From the NCBI GenBank assembly GCA_041477065.1, contig JBGOUQ010000021.1, forward strand, positions 1,060 to 65,059: 64,000 bases of DNA, read 5' to 3'. Numbering within the stretch: the stretch's first letter is position 1; each line of letters opens with the position of its first letter. Positions 62,543-64,000 of this stretch are shown here, piece after piece. Made by a program: the position numbers and the translations under genes. The notes beneath the pieces are model-generated. The model was given only the letters and a program-made list of their open reading frames with translations. It had not been told where the DNA came from and did not search any database. Source of the stretch: Gemmatimonadota bacterium. GTDB lineage: Bacteria > Gemmatimonadota > Gemmatimonadetes > Gemmatimonadales > GWC2-71-9.

Positions 62543-63835
62543 TCAGAAGCCCACTGTCTTCCGCAGCCGTCGCGCCCACTGGTTCGCTTCGCGGGTGATC
62601 TCGTCGCGGTCGGCGGTCTTCAATCGCCCGTCCCGTACGACGATCCTTCCGTCCACCACCACGTGGCGGACGTCGGCGGCGCAGGCGCTGTAGACGATAC
62701 GCGAGATCAGGTCGGCCTCCTCCGGCTGGGCGTGCGGTCCCGACAGATCGAGCGCGACGAGGTCGGCACGCTTCCCAACCTCGATCGAGCCGATCTCGCT
62801 CTCGAGACCGAGGGCGCGCGCGCCGCCCAGGGTCGCGAGCTCCAGCGCCTGTGACGCCGGGAGCGCCTCGGGGCCGTGCCGGGGCTTCTGGATCAGGGCG
62901 GCGAGCCGCAGCTCGGTGAAGCCGTCGAGCCGATTGTTGCACGGCGCCCCGTCGGCACCAAGCGCCACACGGCAGCCGGCGGCGAGCATCTCCGGGATGG
63001 GGGCGATCCCGCTCCCCAGCTTGAGGTTCGAGCTCGGACAGTGCACCACGTTGGTGTGCTGGCGCGCGAGGCGGCGGATCCCCTCGCCGTCCACCCAGAC
63101 GCAGTGCGCCAGCGCGGCGCGCGGACCCGTGATGCCGACCGATTCGAGATAGGCGATCTCGTCACTCCCCGTTTCCTGCTTGACCATTTGCAGCTCGACC
63201 GGCGTCTCGGCGGCGTGGGTGTGGACCACCGCGCCGGCCTTCTCCGCCAGGTCGCTCACGGCGCGCAGCAACGGCCCCGTACAGCTCGGCGCGAAGCGCG
63301 GCGCGTAGCACCACCGCAGCCGGCCGTTCGCCTTGCCGTGCCACGTCGCGCACAGGTCGGCCGCCTCCCGCAATGCGCGGTCGGTGGACTCGCGCAGCCC
63401 GGGAGGACAGGTCGGAGCATCCATCAGGCACTTCCCCGCCGTGGCCCGCAGGCCGATCGCGTCGAGCGCGGTGAACGCGGCGCCGGTGTGCCGGACGGTC
63501 TCCATGTCGAGGATCGCGGTCGTGCCGCCGAGCAACAGCTCCGCCGCGCCGAGCATCGCGGACCAGTAGACGGATTCTTCGGTGTGCGCCGCCTCGAGCG
63601 GCCAGATGCGCCGGGCGAGCCAGTCTTCGAGCGGGAGGTCGTCGGCCAGCCCGCGGAACAGCGTCTGGCAGAGGTGAATGTGCGCCTGGATGAGACCGGG
63701 GAGGATCACGAGCCCGGTGCAATCGAGGACGGTCTGGCCGTCCGCCGGCCCGCCGGCCCGACCGACTGCCGCGATCTTTCCCTGCTCCACCAGGACGTCC
63801 CCGTCGAGGATCCGGCGCCCGGGATCCATCGTCAC
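62543..63835 (-). CDS. Amidohydrolase-superfamily deaminase/chlorohydrolase (MtaD/TRZ-ATZ-like); true start unresolved
   Basis: ORF track, 430 aa. Motifs are PGLIQAHIHLCQ (HxH), HAAET and ALGADGAP. Conserved N-terminal residues (SLLLRGARVV-TMDP) continue in frame upstream of the listed GTG into a homopolymer tract. Confidence 0.85.
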   Translation of the reverse strand: MTMDPGRRILDGDVLVEQGKIAAVGRAGGPADGQTVLDCTGLVILPGLIQAHIHLCQTLFRGLADDLPLEDWLARRIWPLEAAHTEESVYWSAMLGAAELLLGGTTAILDMETVRHTGAAFTALDAIGLRATAGKCLMDAPTCPPGLRESTDRALREAADLCATWHGKANGRLRWCYAPRFAPSCTGPLLRAVSDLAEKAGAVVHTHAAETPVELQMVKQETGSDEIAYLESVGITGPRAALAHCVWVDGEGIRRLARQHTNVVHCPSSNLKLGSGIAPIPEMLAAGCRVALGADGAPCNNRLDGFTELRLAALIQKPRHGPEALPASQALELATLGGARALGLESEIGSIEVGKRADLVALDLSGPHAQPEEADLISRIVYSACAADVRHVVVDGRIVVRDGRLKTADRDEITREANQWARRLRKTVGF

Positions 63836-63863
63836 GACGCGGGCGCCCCGGAGCAGGAGCGAC

Positions 63864-63882
63864 GGGGGGGGGGGGGGGGGGG
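63864..63882. repeat. G19 homopolymer at the 5' end of the amidohydrolase gene
   Basis: Counted directly in the sequence. Confidence 0.95.
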
Positions 63883-64000
63883 CGGCGGGCCCGCCCCCGG
63901 CGAGGGCGACCCCCCCGGCTTGGGTTTGGGGGTGGCCGGGGGCCGGGAGAAGACACCGCCCCCGAATTCGGGGATCGACTCCACGCCCGACGGGCCCGAA

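Noticed and set aside
63162-63956. A 264-aa minus ORF starting at GTG 63956 and running through the G19 tract.
   Set aside because: The product is Pro/Arg/Gly-rich and out of frame with the well-supported amidohydrolase. It is retained only as a possible source of an N-terminal leader if the tract length differs by one (see the finding at 63833).

Overview
This is a 64-kb, very GC-rich segment (about 70% by eye, with strong GC3 bias). It comes from a diderm bacterium, since it encodes TolC, many lipoproteins and OM beta-barrels. The gene style resembles Gemmatimonadota- or Acidobacteriota-like lineages, but that cannot be proven from this window. I call about 50 tightly packed protein genes. 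I saw no rRNA, tRNA, CRISPR array, transposase or integrase. The many long Arg/Pro/Gly-rich ORFs in the track are off-frame or antisense artefacts of the GC content.

Main blocks:
- 1-9437 (minus): ECF sigma, zf-HC2 anti-sigma, TPR-CHAT protein, RCC1-propeller lipoprotein, small two-module lipoprotein, Ig-repeat lipoprotein.
- 9548-10699: class I/II aminotransferase.
- 10696-17775 (minus): two tandem paralogous lipoproteins, each an array of a ~90-aa DxDxDG/two-Cys module (8 and 6 copies) followed by a TolB-like propeller, then a translationally coupled arylsulfotransferase-like propeller gene.
- 17894-23526 (minus): three tandem paralogous membrane Ser/Thr kinases joined by 8-nt overlaps.
- 23583-28712: OPT transporter, signal-less BtuF-like protein, CapA, M42 peptidase.
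- 28702-33517 (minus): dedicated ECF-type transporter (S, T, A, A') plus a HEAT/poly-Pro protein.
- 33563-43045 (plus): housekeeping string of M28-PDZ, MsrC-like GAF, hydrolase, PolX, Nth, M20, DUF255, AKR and cyclophilin.
- 43070-56390 (plus): DUF2911 protein, small hypothetical, GT39, AsnB, HD, PLD, second ECF sigma, anti-sigma candidate, LTxxQ protein, TolC and a MacAB-type pump.
- 56535-63835: CBM9/DUF5916-like OM protein, MCP, OM barrel, metzincin-like protein, amidohydrolase.

Most notable observations:
- The sigma/anti-sigma/TPR-CHAT locus, whose CHAT domain has Tyr where the catalytic His is expected.
- The apparently uncharacterised calcium-motif module arrays, which show recent internal expansion.
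- The triplicated kinase cassette.
- An ECF ATPase pair with one coherently degenerate ATP site.
- A set of very long G homopolymers (up to 21 nt), three of them (44681, 48808, 63864) at gene junctions.
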